DNA from: the human T2T-CHM13v2.0 reference genome, Homo sapiens
DNA: 64,000 nucleotides
Assembly (NCBI RefSeq): GCF_009914755.1
Contig: NC_060942.1
Direction: 5' to 3' (one strand)
Shown piece after piece: positions 12,772 through 25,490 of the stretch. The number at the start of each line of letters is the position of its first letter. The stretch's first letter is position 1. A model generated the notes under the pieces. The model saw only the letters and a list, made by a program, of their open reading frames with translations, was not told the origin of the DNA and did not search any database. The position numbers were made by a program, and so were the translations under genes.

Positions 12772-13454
12772 TATATACGAAGACCCTTTTCCATTGGGGC
12801 ATCTTCCAGTTCAAGAGATGTCTTTTGGATGGGATATATACGAGTCATATTAAGCCTGCTTAAGCTTGCCATATTAAGTTGGTCCAAGGGAAATTCACTA
12901 TGTACACCTTTGTTACGTCACTAATATGAGTGTGTGGGTGCTTTCTCTTTGTCCTACAGATTCTCTCCAATTCCTTTTTTCCTGCCCAAACTAGCCAATA
13001 ATCAGATCAGCTAGAACTATGCCTCAGCAAATGTTTAACTGGGGAATGAGATGGAGTTTTTTTGGTAGGCACCATCAATCTCTACAGAGTTGGACATTGA
13101 AACATACCTTCCTAAAAGAGGGAGAAAATAAAATGTTGTAGCACTCTCTCCCATGATTGAAATCACACAGTTGAGAAAATTTTCTCTAAATTCCTCATCT
13201 TCTCTATAGAGAAGCTGAAGGATGATGACATGCATGACACTTGACTTCTTTTAGAATGGTGTGTACATGGGACTTGTTTTCACGGTTGTGGTTTTGGTTT
13301 TAATCTGAGTTATTTCCGTACAATATCATTCTATCTAATCTGGATTTGTGCTATATTAATAGTCTTACTGTACTGAAAACTACTTTGTTCTTGAACTGGC
13401 CAAATAGATTAATGAATAATTTGAAATTTCAACTGATATTAGATAATATAAATA

Positions 13455-13572
13455 CAAAAATGTTTATTTGCTTTAAGTACAAGCAGTTTTACCCACCATT
13501 GCTTTGCTACTGCTTGTGAAAATATCAAGACAACAAAAAAGGTAAATATTATCTTAGTATTATAATAAAAGC
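13455..13572. mobile_element. hAT-Charlie-type non-autonomous fragment
   Basis: cccaccattgctttg...aaaaaggtaaatattatcttagtattataataaaa resembles a recalled Charlie-family MITE. Confidence 0.45.
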
Positions 13573-15224
13573 AGGGATCTGTTATCTATATTTAGGACAG
13601 GTACCTTATACATTATTATAATTACACTTGGCCAGATCAAACAAACTTAAGGATTAACAACCAGAGCATCTAATTATTTAGGGTTGTATTTAGCATTTCA
13701 CTTATGGTTAGGTGATTAGAGAAAACAAGATCAGAAGTCACATCAATGTTAAATAGTCAACGGTCCCCATGTTGTACTGCACACTTTTAGGGAAAAACAG
13801 TAAACAGCCTCTAAAAGAGTACAAAAATAGTTCCAAACTTTCAGAGAACATAGATCCATCAAAAATTTCCCAATACCATATATGACAAAGTTCATGAAGA
13901 AATGTTACAGAAAGTATGTATCATCCTTATTTAGGTCAAAAAGATAGAATGTGGAAAGAGATAAGTCATTTAAATCCAATGGGTGGGTAAAATAATGCCA
14001 ACCAAAAATAGGAAATTATTCCCAGGCATGTCAGTTTCCCCACCTGGGATATGCTGTACTCATTGCTTTTAGATTTGTAAAGGATACATCCGTCGAATCC
14101 TAGTATTCAAAACTCAAGGCAGGCAGGGAATTCTCTCCAACCTTATTGTTGACTTTATTTTTTCCCTTTCTCTTTATTCTGCTTTTATGGGTTTCAGTCA
14201 TTTTTATCCATTTCAACAGCAGGTGTGAAATAGTAAGCTGTCATCTGCCTTTTTGTAGTGCTGCAGGCCAAAATTATAAATGGGTTGACATTAATGGCAG
14301 TCCAGAATTTAGTGCTGTATTGGTAGATGGTATTGAAAATGTTTTGATATGACAGATAAAATGCCAGCAAGTGAAACTTCAGTTTGACTTTAGCTGGCTA
14401 CATCTGGCAGAGTTTTTTTTGTTTGTTTTTGTTTTTTATGTTTCGTTGTTGGTATCTAGTTTTTAAGGCATTTCTTCATCTTTATATTCCATTCTTCTTT
14501 CTCTCTTTTCTCTGATGTTGAATCCTCTTTGTCCTTTTTCTTTGCCTTCAAATTTCAGCATAAGAGCTAATAGCATATGAGGATGGTCTCACTCAGCTTG
14601 AAAGAGTAGGGCTTGAGTAAGAACTCAACTCCTTATTCCTTGTCAACCCTTTCAAGAAGGAAATGTCCAAGGTATTCAGAGATCTTCTCTGGTCCTAGCG
14701 TGGATCCTATTCCTCATACTCACAGACACATAGGATCTGGTTAAAGTAAATATCAGGGGAGCCTTGGCAGGTCGAATTCCCTAAACCCAGCTGTGTAGAT
14801 TGCTTTGCTGAAAAATAACAATGTTCCAAGTTTAAATAAGTTTGCAAAATGCTGGTTAAAGATGAATGAATTTCTTTTCTGAAGAACTCCTCAGAGCCTT
14901 TGAAAAGTGATTTTCATTGCACGTTTTCTTTCAGTCACTTTGGCCCCTAGATTGTTACTTCTTGGGGTCTTTTATTTTACTTCTCAGTGGAAAGACTTGC
15001 TCTGTTAGACCAGATAAATGTTGACCTTAACCACTCTATATGAAAAGTTAACTTCCCCATATTACTTTTCTCAATAGACTCACACATAAAAAATATTTTT
15101 TTAATTTATTTTTTTAACATTCTTGTGAACTCTGCCTTGCTCATACATGGCTAGTCATGAAATGGCTCCTCCCTAATTTCTTAGGTAGTTTCTACCACTC
15201 TTTGCTTAGTTGTCCCATCATCAT

Positions 15225-16186
15225 CATACACCTTCTCACTGTGTCTTCATGCAGCTTTTCCCCTGTGTTTGCACACTGCTGACATCTCTTTTAAGGGCAT
15301 CAAGTCCTGTAGGATTAGGGACCCATTCATATGACCTCATTTAATCTTAATTACCTCTTTAAAGGAACTGTTTCCAAATACAGTCACATTGGGGGTTACA
15401 GCTTCAATATATATGAGTTTTTAGAGAACATAATTGCCTGACAGGTTTATCTAGCCTACTACACGGAAAAGCCAATGCACTGAAAATAGCAGGTTTTTGC
15501 AATAAAGAATTTACTAATTGCAGGGCTGACCAAGCAGGAGGATGGGGGATGGGGGTTGTTATTACTACTCATATCAGCCAAGATTGAGAGACTTTTTTTT
15601 TTTTTAAGGATTATTTGGTAGACAGGGGACTAGGGAATGGGGAATGCTGATTGGTTGAGTCAAGGGTGAAAGCACAGGTTGTTGAAGCTCTCTTCTTGCT
15701 GTTTTCATTTCCTGGGTGGGATCACAAAACTAGTTAAACCAGTTTACTGGTCTAGCTGGGCCATTAGAATGCAGGGTCTGAAAAATATCTCAAACACCAA
15801 TGTTAGGTTTTACAATAGTAATGTTACCTACAGGAGCAATTGAGGAGGTTAGGAATCTTTTGGCCTCTGGGTACATAATTCCTGGGCCATAATTTTGAAA
15901 GTCATGGCTAATTGGTTAGTTTTACAAAGGTGCTTTAGGTTTCCAAGCAAGAAGAGGGTTTGTTTTTGGGAGGGGCTATCATCTTTGTTTCAAAGTTAAA
16001 CTATAAATTCCTCTGCAAGTTAGCTTGGCTTACTCCAAGAATGAACAAGGACAGCTTGGAGGTTAGAAGCATGATGGAATCAGTTGGGTAGGATTTTTTC
16101 CACTGTCATAATTTTCCTATGCCAGATATTTTCACTGTCATAATTTTTGCAAAGGTGCTTTCAGTAACACAAGTCACTTCATAACA
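15225..16186 (-). mobile_element. MLT1A-type MaLR LTR interrupted by LTR8A
   Basis: atgacctcatttaatcttaattacctc...ccaaatacagtcacattgggggtta; the terminal acacaagtcacttcataaca resumes after LTR8A. Confidence 0.8.
15429..16163 (-). mobile_element. LTR8A (ERV1) solo LTR
   Basis: Reverse complement begins TGAAAGCACCTTTGCAAAAATTATGACAGTG and contains CTTCTAACCTCCAAGCTGTCCTTGTTCATT. Confidence 0.88.
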
Positions 16187-16465
16187 AAAGCAATCAGAAT
16201 TATTTGCATTTTTTATATTCCATTTCTTTAAAGTCTAGCTAAGTAACTGGACAGCTAAGTTGATGAACTAATTCAGGCAAAAGTGTTAATGAGTAACAAA
16301 AATGTATTGCCTAACTTCTCCTGGCAATATTTTCTAAATAATAAGGTTCTTTGGAAACTGATATCTAATATGAGAGTTCTCAGCTTTAGGAAAAACTGAG
16401 GCAGGAGATAGATTAGGACAATGGATGGTACCCCAAATCATTCCTGCCATGTGAGCAATCACTTC

Positions 16466-16785
16466 TGAAGGAGTTCAAGAAACACCACCCCCAAATATGC
16501 CATTTTGGTATGCTGCTTACTTTAAACTGAGGGTTTGTAGGGAGCAGCAACTTCCCTTGTCTGCCTAACAATGGATCCTCCAAAAGGAACCCAACTTTTA
16601 TGAAACTTCTCCCCAGGAATCTTAATAGCAAAGATCAACTGACACCATGCCCATACTATCATCTATTCTACCGAGGGCTGCTGACTTTTTAATCTGTATA
16701 ACAAGCCAATCTTTAGTTCATATACTTCTTCCTCTTAGCCTCCCACAATTTGTGTCACCATCCCACCCACCTAGAAACCTCAAGG
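16466..16785 (+). mobile_element. MER34-family (ERV1) LTR, 5' part
   Basis: tgaaggag...caccacccccaaatatgccattttggtatg is a MER34/MER39-type start. Confidence 0.7.
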
Positions 16786-16788
16786 TAA

Positions 16789-16826
16789 TTGGGTATGTCT
16801 TTATTAGCAGCATGAGAACAGACACA
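16789..16826 (+). mobile_element. THE1/MST LTR 3'-end fragment
   Basis: gggtatgtctttattagcagcatgagaacagac. Confidence 0.75.
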
Positions 16827-16958
16827 ATTCCTGAGGATCTCTGTTTAGAACCTGAGGATTGAGAATGTGTTAGTCTTTATTCAAATGAAATCATAGCCAG
16901 AAATCCAGCTGGTTAATCCATGGAAACAAGCCACTGTGACTGAGACAGAGGAGGATCC

Positions 16959-17100
16959 TGATATGGTTTTGCTGTGTTCCCACCCAAATCTTACTTTGAA
17001 TTGTAATAATCCCCAGGTGTCAAGGTGGGGGTGGCAATTGGAGATGATTGAATCATGTGGGTGGTTTCCCCATACTGTTCTTGTGGTAGTAAACAGAGAT
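16959..17100 (+). mobile_element. THE1/MST LTR 5'-end fragment
   Basis: tgatatggttttgctgtgttcccacccaaatc...tgaatcatgtgggtggtttcccccatactgttc. Confidence 0.88.
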
Positions 17101-17464
17101 CCCCAGGAATTATGGATTAACTAAGGGAGGTGAACCTGCAGATGATGATGATTTGTTTATAGAAGTAGTTATGGAGACAAGCAGGAAGATAAGTGATCTT
17201 TTCTGTGGATTTCCCCTCCTCCTCTGGCAATTGAAAACCTGTTCATCAACCTAGGAGCAACTTAGTACTCACCTCCATTAACATCACACTTTATATCCAC
17301 AGCCTGAGTCTGCAATAGAGCTTTTAAGCCCTGATCACACAGAGATTGCTTAGTTTCTAACAGCAATCTTCCCTCCCCAGTTAGACATAGTTTTCTGTGG
17401 GCAGCAGTCATATGTTTCCTTCATTAGCATTCCACTAGGCATAATATTGTGCCTGATCAGTGGC

Positions 17465-17592
17465 CATCCATTCATTCATCCAGACATTTAACATGCACTT
17501 ATTAGGCACTTACTGTTTGGCAGGCATTTTTTTAGACTCTGGGTTTTTAGGGTTGAACAAAATGTACAAGTTTCCTGCTCTCATGGAATGTA
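17465..17592 (-). mobile_element. L2 3' end
   Basis: cattcattcatcc...cacttattaggcacttactgtttggcaggc...cctgctctcatgga. Confidence 0.75.
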
Positions 17593-19049
17593 ACCAAAAT
17601 TCCCAACTAATTGACACAGAAATTGCTGTAATAATGTCAGAGGTGCATCCCGTAAGATTTAATGTCATCAAATTAGTGTTAAGAAAGTAAACAAAGAATA
17701 GCAACTCACTCCGTTTCTGATGTTTGCACAAATCCAATTCCTGATTTCTTTCCTTTAGCACATGAGAAAACTACAGGCCCTCCCAGGGGCAGAAAAAAAA
17801 AAATCCATCACAAGGGACCTAGAGGTATGTTAGAAAGAATTCCAACCAAAGAGATCTATGAGGCAGTATAGTCACCGCTCAGAGGAGGGGAGGGGACTGC
17901 TATAGCTTAAGATGTTTAAAACCTGGCTGCAAGAGAAGCAGGAAAATGCACCATGGGGAACAATTCCCTGCCAGGTTCCAAGGGATGAAAAAATGACTTA
18001 ATGGCACATTCACTGTCTTGACTTAGGTGATTTTTTCCTAGCAAGCAGACATCTTCTATAATTCCCTTTGTAAATAGAGTAATAAGATATAGATGTGCCT
18101 TTCTCTTATGTGACTTATACAAACCACTATTGTTGTTGTTGTTGGCTAACAAAGAGTTGGAAATTCATAACTGAGGAGAGAAGTGGACTAGACAGAACAA
18201 ACTAAAAATCACTTCATTTTCCAAGTCCTAGGTCAAATTGTGCCCAACTCCAGAGGCCAGGGGACACAATAGAGCTACAGAAACTCAGAAGTTCATAGGG
18301 TCAAAAAAATTGGAAGGGAGTTTGCAGGTTATCTGTTTGAACCTTTGACATCAGATGTCAGTGAGCTGGAGTTTTTCATTAGAGCAACTATGGACAGAAA
18401 TATTTAAGTTGTTGGAGATGGAAGAGTTGCACTGTATTACAGGTTCCCCAGGCATCTGACACCAATCTTTCTTTCTAACATTACATCCCTAATGTGCCTT
18501 CTCTGTTCCTGCCAGAATGCCCTTTAGTGCCCCCAGTACACATGTCGATATCCCAAATAGTAGTACATATTTACAAACTAAAGTGCTCTCAGCACTTCAA
18601 CTGAGGCTATCCTGAGATTCAATTCAAATCCCTCCTCATTCAGAGAAAAACAAAATTAAATGAAAGAAAACACACAACAGCAGCAACAATCAACTTTCCA
18701 AGCCAAGGAGGCCAAGACTATTTGCTCATTCTTTTGAATTCCAACGAAATGCCTTGTGTGCTCCACCCACTTGGACTTGGAATGCATTGCTTTGTATTGT
18801 GGGACCATCTTTATGTGGACAAACTGTGACCATTTCTGTGTCTCTCTGCAGGCTTCAGCATGGTAGGGGCTTGATAAAAGCTTAAAGGATAATAGAGAGA
18901 AAGTAGTTTTTATTAATGCTGGAGAAACTGACTGGAAATACAAAGCAGTGTGAGTATTATGGGTTGCTCTATCAGATCTTCAGAGGACAGCCACATTTCT
19001 CTGCAGTCTACATTGTTCCATATCACAGAAAAATACAAAGCTTTTTGGC

Positions 19050-21540
19050 TCAATTTTTATAGCTGGCATAAAAAGCTGATACCAAACTTGATAAACAACA
19101 CACATGTGTTTATACACACATGCATGCACACATACATTACAAGGTAATCACATCTATAAACAGAGGCAAAAACACTAAGCAAAATACTAGCAAATAAAAT
19201 CTTATACCATATCAAAAAATTGATACATCATTGATATGGTTTGGCTCTGAGACCTCACCCAAATCTCATCTTGAATTCTATCTCCATAATTCCCATGTGT
19301 TGTGGGGAGGGACCCAGTGGAATAAAAGATAATTGAATTATGGGAGTGGTTTTCCCCATACTGTTCTCATGGTAGTGAATAAGTCTCACAAGAGTTGATG
19401 GTTTTATCAGGGCTTTTTGCTTTTGCATCTTCCTCATTCTCTCTTTGCCTGCTGTCATCCATGTAAGATGGGACTTGCTCCTCCTTGCCTTCCACCATGA
19501 TTGTGAGGCTTCCCCAGCCACATGGAACTGTAAGTCCAATTAAACCTCCGTCTTTTGTAAATTGCCCAGTCTTGGGTATGTCTTATCAGTAGTGTGAAAA
19601 TGGACTAATACAATAATGGCCAAGGGAAGTTTTCTCCAGGTGGACAAGATGGACTTACCATTAGAAAAATAATAAATATAATTTATCCCATCCGTAGGTC
19701 AAAGGAGAGAAATAGTACGACTTAATAGATGTGAATGCATTTCATCAAGTTGAAATCCATTTCTCTTATTAAAACCAACAGATTAAAGTGAAAAGAATTT
19801 CAGAATAAATTATGAATAAAAGATAAGTCTTTTCTGAACTAACTATGTACACCTTGTTTGATTACACCACTCTAGAGGCATTCTCAATAAATTCTGGAAC
19901 AAAACAGTTACCCGCCATCACTGCTACTATTCAAGAAGTTTCTAAAGTTCTAACTGATGAAACAGGGTAATAAAAACAGATATAAATATTACAAAGAAAG
20001 TGACAAAATATCATTACTTACAAATTATAACACCGTCTACTCCAAAAACTTAGTGAATTGAAAAATATTATTTAGAGTTTACAATGAAATTCAGTAATAT
20101 TTACAGTTACAAAGTTAGTATAGAACTCTAAAGCGTTCCATAGATTAGCAAAAACCACAAAAAGAAAAATTCTATTTGCTATAGCAATCATAATTTAAAA
20201 CATTATGAAATAAGAAAATGTGTTAGTCAAAGCAATGTATTAGTCAAAGAAGTCTATAAAACTTGTACATACATGTATTTGCAGATGTGTATTTTTACAG
20301 ATCTTTACAAAACTTTGATAAATGTATTTACAGGTCTACATGTCTATTGTTTATGTAAATAAACAAAAATAATAAAGCTCTATGATTCTGGAAGGAAAGA
20401 TACAATACTGTAAAAATATTTTGAATTAAGCTTCAACTTCAGTACAATTTTGATAGATATTCCAAATATTTAATTTTAAGTAAACTATATTTCTTTCAAA
20501 AAATAATTATAGAGTAACCACTTTTTGGAAATAACAAAGGCCTAATCAGAGGTTGTCTTATTAGATGACAAAATGTGTTTTATAGCTTCAGAGATTAAAA
20601 AAGTATGATGTTGGTACAGATATAGACAAATAGATAAATGAAAAATAAGAAAGTCTGAAACCAGCCACATTTCATAGCAGAATTTAGTAAGTAACAGAAG
20701 CAAAAATAGGAATATAATTTTTAATAAACAGATAAAAAAAGTAAAATGTTAGGATCATACTTTATTATACCAAAATGAATCACAAACAATTTTTAAACTT
20801 TAAAATAATTGAATATTAAGATGTGAAAGTGCTTTTTATATGTTACTATCACCAAAGAAGCAAATCAGTAAATATGGATAGGTTTTTACAAATACAAATT
20901 AAAACAATTGTAAAAAAAAAAAAAAAAAAAACTTCAAAAAGAAACTAGCACAAGTATTTTCAGTATGTACAATCATAGGATTAACTTTGTATATAAATAT
21001 GTTTTCTAATCAAGAAAAAGTAATAAAAATGAGATCTAGACTAGAATAGATAGTTCATTAAAGATATAAAGAGTCACTTATCTGAAGTATATAACAATTT
21101 AATTCAGAACTTGCCTTCTATGAATTTGTTCTTAGGAAACGCAGACATGCAAAAGCTGTGCTCACAGGCTACAAAAGTTTAGGACAGAGCTGGTTGCATT
21201 AGCAAACAGTTAACAGTTAAGGAAAAGCTGAATGTGTATAGGCAAAGAGTTCATTCAACAAATGGTTGTCTTACCATGAATTAAGAATGGTTATCTTAAC
21301 TAAAGAATTAGTGATATGAAAATTTTCTATGATATATTCTTCAATAAAATTGCAAGTAGCAGAATAACTTGTATAAATAACAGGCCATTGTTTTTTGTTA
21401 GAATTTTTCTACATTTATATATTCATATATGGGTAAGTTTCTTAAAGATTATAGTTAACATACAAACAGCTAGACCTCTGTGAAATTGTTGGAATTATCA
21501 ATGTCTTTTTATTTACTTTATACTGTTGTTAAAAACATTA
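19050..21540 (+). mobile_element. Ancient L1 (L1M/L1ME) ORF2-3'UTR relic interrupted by THE1
   Basis: A-rich ORF2 remnants (aaaatactagcaaat, ctggaacaaaacag...ccatcactgctactattcaa, tggtacagatatagacaaatagataaatg); no open frame. Confidence 0.8.
19232..19612 (+). mobile_element. THE1 solo LTR (MaLR)
   Basis: tgatatggtttggct...ggactaataca; 5-bp TSD atcat/ataat. Confidence 0.95.
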
Positions 21541-21678
21541 CTTGTAGAATATATATGTATGTATGTATGTATTTTCTTTTTTCTTCAGAAAAGTGATTCT
21601 GGACAAAAATTTTAAAACAAAACACATTATCTTTGTCAAACTTTATAAAACCCTTCTCCAAACCACCTCTTTCCTCCT

Positions 21679-22218
21679 CACAATGATTTATATTGAGTGT
21701 CAATTTGATTGGATTGAAGGATGCAAAGTATTGTTCCTAGGTGTTTCCGTGAAGGCGTTACCAAAGGAGATGAATATTTGAGTCAGCGGACTGGGAGAGG
21801 TAGACCTACCTTCAATCTGGGTGGGGACCATCTAATCAGCTGCCATTGCAGCTAGAATAAAATCAGATAGAGGAATGGGGAACGACCAGACTTGCTCAGT
21901 CTTCTGGCCTCCATCTTTCTCCAGTGCTGGATGCTTTCTGCCCTGAAATATTGGACTCCAAGTTTTTCAGCTTTTGGACTCTTGGACTCACACCAGTGGT
22001 TTGCCAGGGGCTCTTGGGCCTTTGGCCACAGACTGAAGGCTATACTGTTGGCTTCCCTATGGATTTGGGACTCGGATTGGCTTCCTTGCTCCTCAGCTTG
22101 CAGACAGCCTATTGTGGGACTTTGCCTTGTGATTGTGTGAGTCAATACTCCTTAATAAACGCTGTTTCAAATATCTAACCTCTTAGTCCCGTCCCTTTAG
22201 AGAACTCTGACTAACACA
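21679..22218 (+). mobile_element. MLT2A (ERVL) solo LTR
   Basis: gagtgtcaatttgattggattgaaggatgcaaagtattg...agagaactctgactaacaca; TSD ctcct/cttct. Confidence 0.92.
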
Positions 22219-22524
22219 CTTCTCCAGTAATTTTGTAAGGTTTCAAAGGCTTAGCCCTGACCCTAGGCACAGGGATCTGCAACCCAAGTCCCAGACAGTT
22301 ATGCTACCACAGCCGCTAAAAATAACCTACTACAAATTTTTACTATTAACTAAAAGAAGTGGATGTACCCACACAAGCTCATCTTCATTATTCTAGAAAT
22401 TAGTTAGAACATGGTTTCTACTCATAGGATAAATGGGTCATTTCTTCATCTTTGAATCACAAAGTACAGTTTACACTATAAGAGGCTCTAGGCCAACCAT
22501 CCATCCAGACAACAGGAACAGTGG

Positions 22525-22754
22525 CTAGGCACTGCCATACATTCAGAGTTCCTAAAAATGTGTCAATGTTTATTTTAAAATCAAAAGGAAAAATCAAATA
22601 TAATAATACTAATAATATTCAATTATATATCAGCCTGAGTTATATCTATCTTTATACCAACACTTATGAAAAAAACTAAAATAATTTTTTAATTGAGGGA
22701 AGATACTTAGGCAGGAAGAGTGTTTTGAGTCCTTAAAGTCATAATACAGTCCTG
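22525..22754. mobile_element. hAT-Tip100-type non-autonomous relic
   Basis: cagcctgagttatatctatctttataccaac...aaagtcataatacagtcctg; subfamily uncertain. Confidence 0.45.
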
Positions 22755-22820
22755 ATGGCTCATAATGTGAGTCCAATGCTGAGCTTCCAGAGGGCTTCAA
22801 AGCTGCACCACAAAGGATGC

Positions 22821-23177
22821 TGTATTAGTCTGTTTTCACACTGCTGATAAAGACATACCCAAGTCTGTGCAATTTACAAAAAAAAAAAAAGATTTAACAG
22901 ACTTACAGTTCCACGTGACTGGGGAAGCCTTACAATTATGGTGGAAGGCAAGGAGGAGCAAGTCACTTCTTACATGGACGGAAGCAGGCAAAGAGGGAAT
23001 TTGTGCAGGGGAACTCCTCTTTATAAAACCATCAGATCTCATGACACTTATTCACTATCAGGAGACCAGCATAGGAAAGACTTGCCCCCATGATTCAATT
23101 ACCTCCCACTGGGTCCCTTCCACAACATGTGAGAATTCAAGATGAGATTCGTGTGGGGACACAGCCAAACCATATCA
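22821..23177 (-). mobile_element. THE1B-like solo LTR
   Basis: tgtattagtc...cagccaaaccatatca; perfect TSD gatgc/gatgc. Confidence 0.95.
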
Positions 23178-24432
23178 GATGCCATTCCTTCTGGAAAGTC
23201 CAAAAGTTACTTCCTTAGCAGATCTGTCAACTCCCATATTCTCTTCACTGGAGCCTGAGGACAGCCTTGGAATCTTTCTCACAACTTATTGTTGGAAGCC
23301 ACTAACAACCTCTACTTGTATACCACAAAATAAAGTTTTAGTTTGCCTGTTTTTAGGGACAAGAAACAGGCTAATAGGGATCTAATAAGGCCAAGATTTG
23401 TTTGGTTTTGTTGTTGTTTTTGTTTGTCTTGGTGCTGGCTGCTTAGGATTTTGAGAAATTAGAGGTAAAAATGCTGTGTTTTGGGCTGAGAACAAAGAGT
23501 TAAAAAAAGTCAAGAAAAGTGAATTCTTTAATAAATTATATGTACAGTGTGGTTCCACATAAAAATTAGGTCCAACTGCTAAAGACCAAATAACATAAGA
23601 TAGTTTCAAAGTTATATTTGGAAGTGGGAGATGTCTAAAGAAAATTTTATATATATATATACATATACACACACACATTAACTGTCCGATAGGGGTACAA
23701 AAATGAGTGTGTGTATGTGTTTCCCTGTGTTTACATTGACACCTAGAATGTAAACAATGTAAAGTATATTTCATACTGTGGGCCATGATCAAACAAAGTT
23801 CTAAAGCCATTGCCAAAAGCATTATCAGGAGAAGACTCCATTCAATCTCAGGCCTTTGTTCTGCCCAGAGGAAGAAAAGGCAGACAAGGAGAGTAGGGGA
23901 GGAGAGGGGAGAGGAGGAGATAAATGGAAAATGTCAGACTCGTCTGAGCAAAACATCTGTTTACAAAAAAAAAGAAATATTAATCCAATGCCATTTTTCT
24001 TAAGAATAACACCAAAGCAGACCCTGAAACGACACTGACATCGGTGGCCCAAGTGTCCCCTACTGCTTTCTGTTAAGTCTGAAAGAAGAGGAATAAAAGC
24101 TCCACAAGAGACTTCAGTTTCATTATGTTCCCTGCAGCCTAAAAAGCAATGGTAAGTGGCATCAAGGCCTCTAAAGAAATCTGAACAATCGCAAAGGCTT
24201 CCAGAATGTTTACTTTGAAGCAAGGAACATGTATTTTTCTCCACGTGAAAACAACAACAACAATGAAAAGTCATCATTCCCAAATCTGAACACACAGATC
24301 AGGAAAAGCCTTCACTAATTGTGCAGTTCCCCTCGGGAAGATGGTGTGGTGTGATGAGGACAAACCCTCACCTTCTCCGAAAACACCTGCTTTGCTTCAC
24401 ACCAAGTCCCATGTTGCATATAAAAAGCTTAG

Positions 24433-24434
<2 letters not shown>

Positions 24435-24510
<76 letters not shown>
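24435..24510. repeat. Compound microsatellite (TC)15(TG)23
   Basis: Direct reading. Confidence 0.98.
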
Positions 24511-24511
<1 letters not shown>

Positions 24512-24596
24512 TTCTCCTATTCAAAATACATCTGTGATAATCTCCTTGGAATTCCTGTTTAGGCTTAATAGTTTGTTTTATACGATAATGTAGTTC

Positions 24597-24717
24597 CTGT
24601 ATCTGGATTGTAAACTTCCAGAGAGAAGTGGCTATTTATGTCATCTCTCTCTAGTGAATGGCACTGTAATGTCGAGGCTCAATGAAACAGTATTGAATCA
24701 GTGAAGGAATGAATGAG
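24597..24717 (+). mobile_element. L2 3' end
   Basis: ggattgtaaacttccagagag...ctcaatgaa...gaatgaatga. Confidence 0.65.
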
Positions 24718-25334
24718 AATTCTTTTAAAAACCACCTTAAGAATTATTTTTGGCCTTCATTTGTTATGTTAAATCCAATTAAATTCTCTCCTGGTCTCAT
24801 TTTTCTGAAAATGGAGAGTAATATTTGACAATCTCTAGTCTCTCTATACTGCAGAATATTAGGAGCCTCATTCCACACAATGTGGAAACTTCTGTGGTTC
24901 CCATATGATTGGGGTAGAGTATACTCTAAAAACATTTGAAACTGACTGAAAAATAGCGTTATTTTGCAAAGTGTAGCCTGTGGATAGGTTTCATTCACAT
25001 CACCTGGGACATTTGTTATAATGGTGCCAGGACTCTGCATTTGTAACAGGCAGCCTAGAGGACTGTTAAAAAAATTAATTAATGTATGATAATAGAACAC
25101 AATCTAGGGACAGGCTAGACAGCACTGAGTCTGAAAAAGCAATGGCAGAATGAGAGGGGGCAGTGGATTGGGTTTAAACTAAACATGCATGGTCCCCTAA
25201 GGTGCAGTTAACTTATTTTAACACAAAGGGTGGGGGAAGGGCCCATAGTGAGCCTGGGAATGTTGTCCCTGTGTCCAGTTTGACAAAGTTCCCTTAGTGT
25301 TTGGGACAGCCCAAAGAATAAATTCCTGAGTGTT

Positions 25335-25490
25335 TGAGAAAAAGCAGAGGCTTTGGAGTCAGACTGGTTACTTGTATATAGCCTGTTGAGCCTTGTCTAC
25401 ACAGTCAAGATTCTAATACCTGTCTTAGAAGGTGATAGTGAGAATTCTATTATAGTCTATGAAAAGTGTCTGGCAAATACTTGGAGCTCC
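25335..25490 (+). mobile_element. MIR SINE
   Basis: ggctttggagtcagac...aatacctgtc...aaagtgtctggc. Confidence 0.7.

Noticed and set aside
20912-20931. A20 tract as a processed-pseudogene tail
   Set aside because: It is embedded in an L1 relic with no upstream mRNA-like sequence or TSD; the same applies to the T26 tract at 44278-44303
19255-23145. ORFs with similar WWKARRSKS peptides, suggesting paralogous genes
   Set aside because: Both are antisense translations of THE1 LTRs
23382-24295. Longest ORFs in the track (146 and 156 aa, - strand)
   Set aside because: Low-complexity composition, no recognisable domain, and lengths expected by chance in 64 kb
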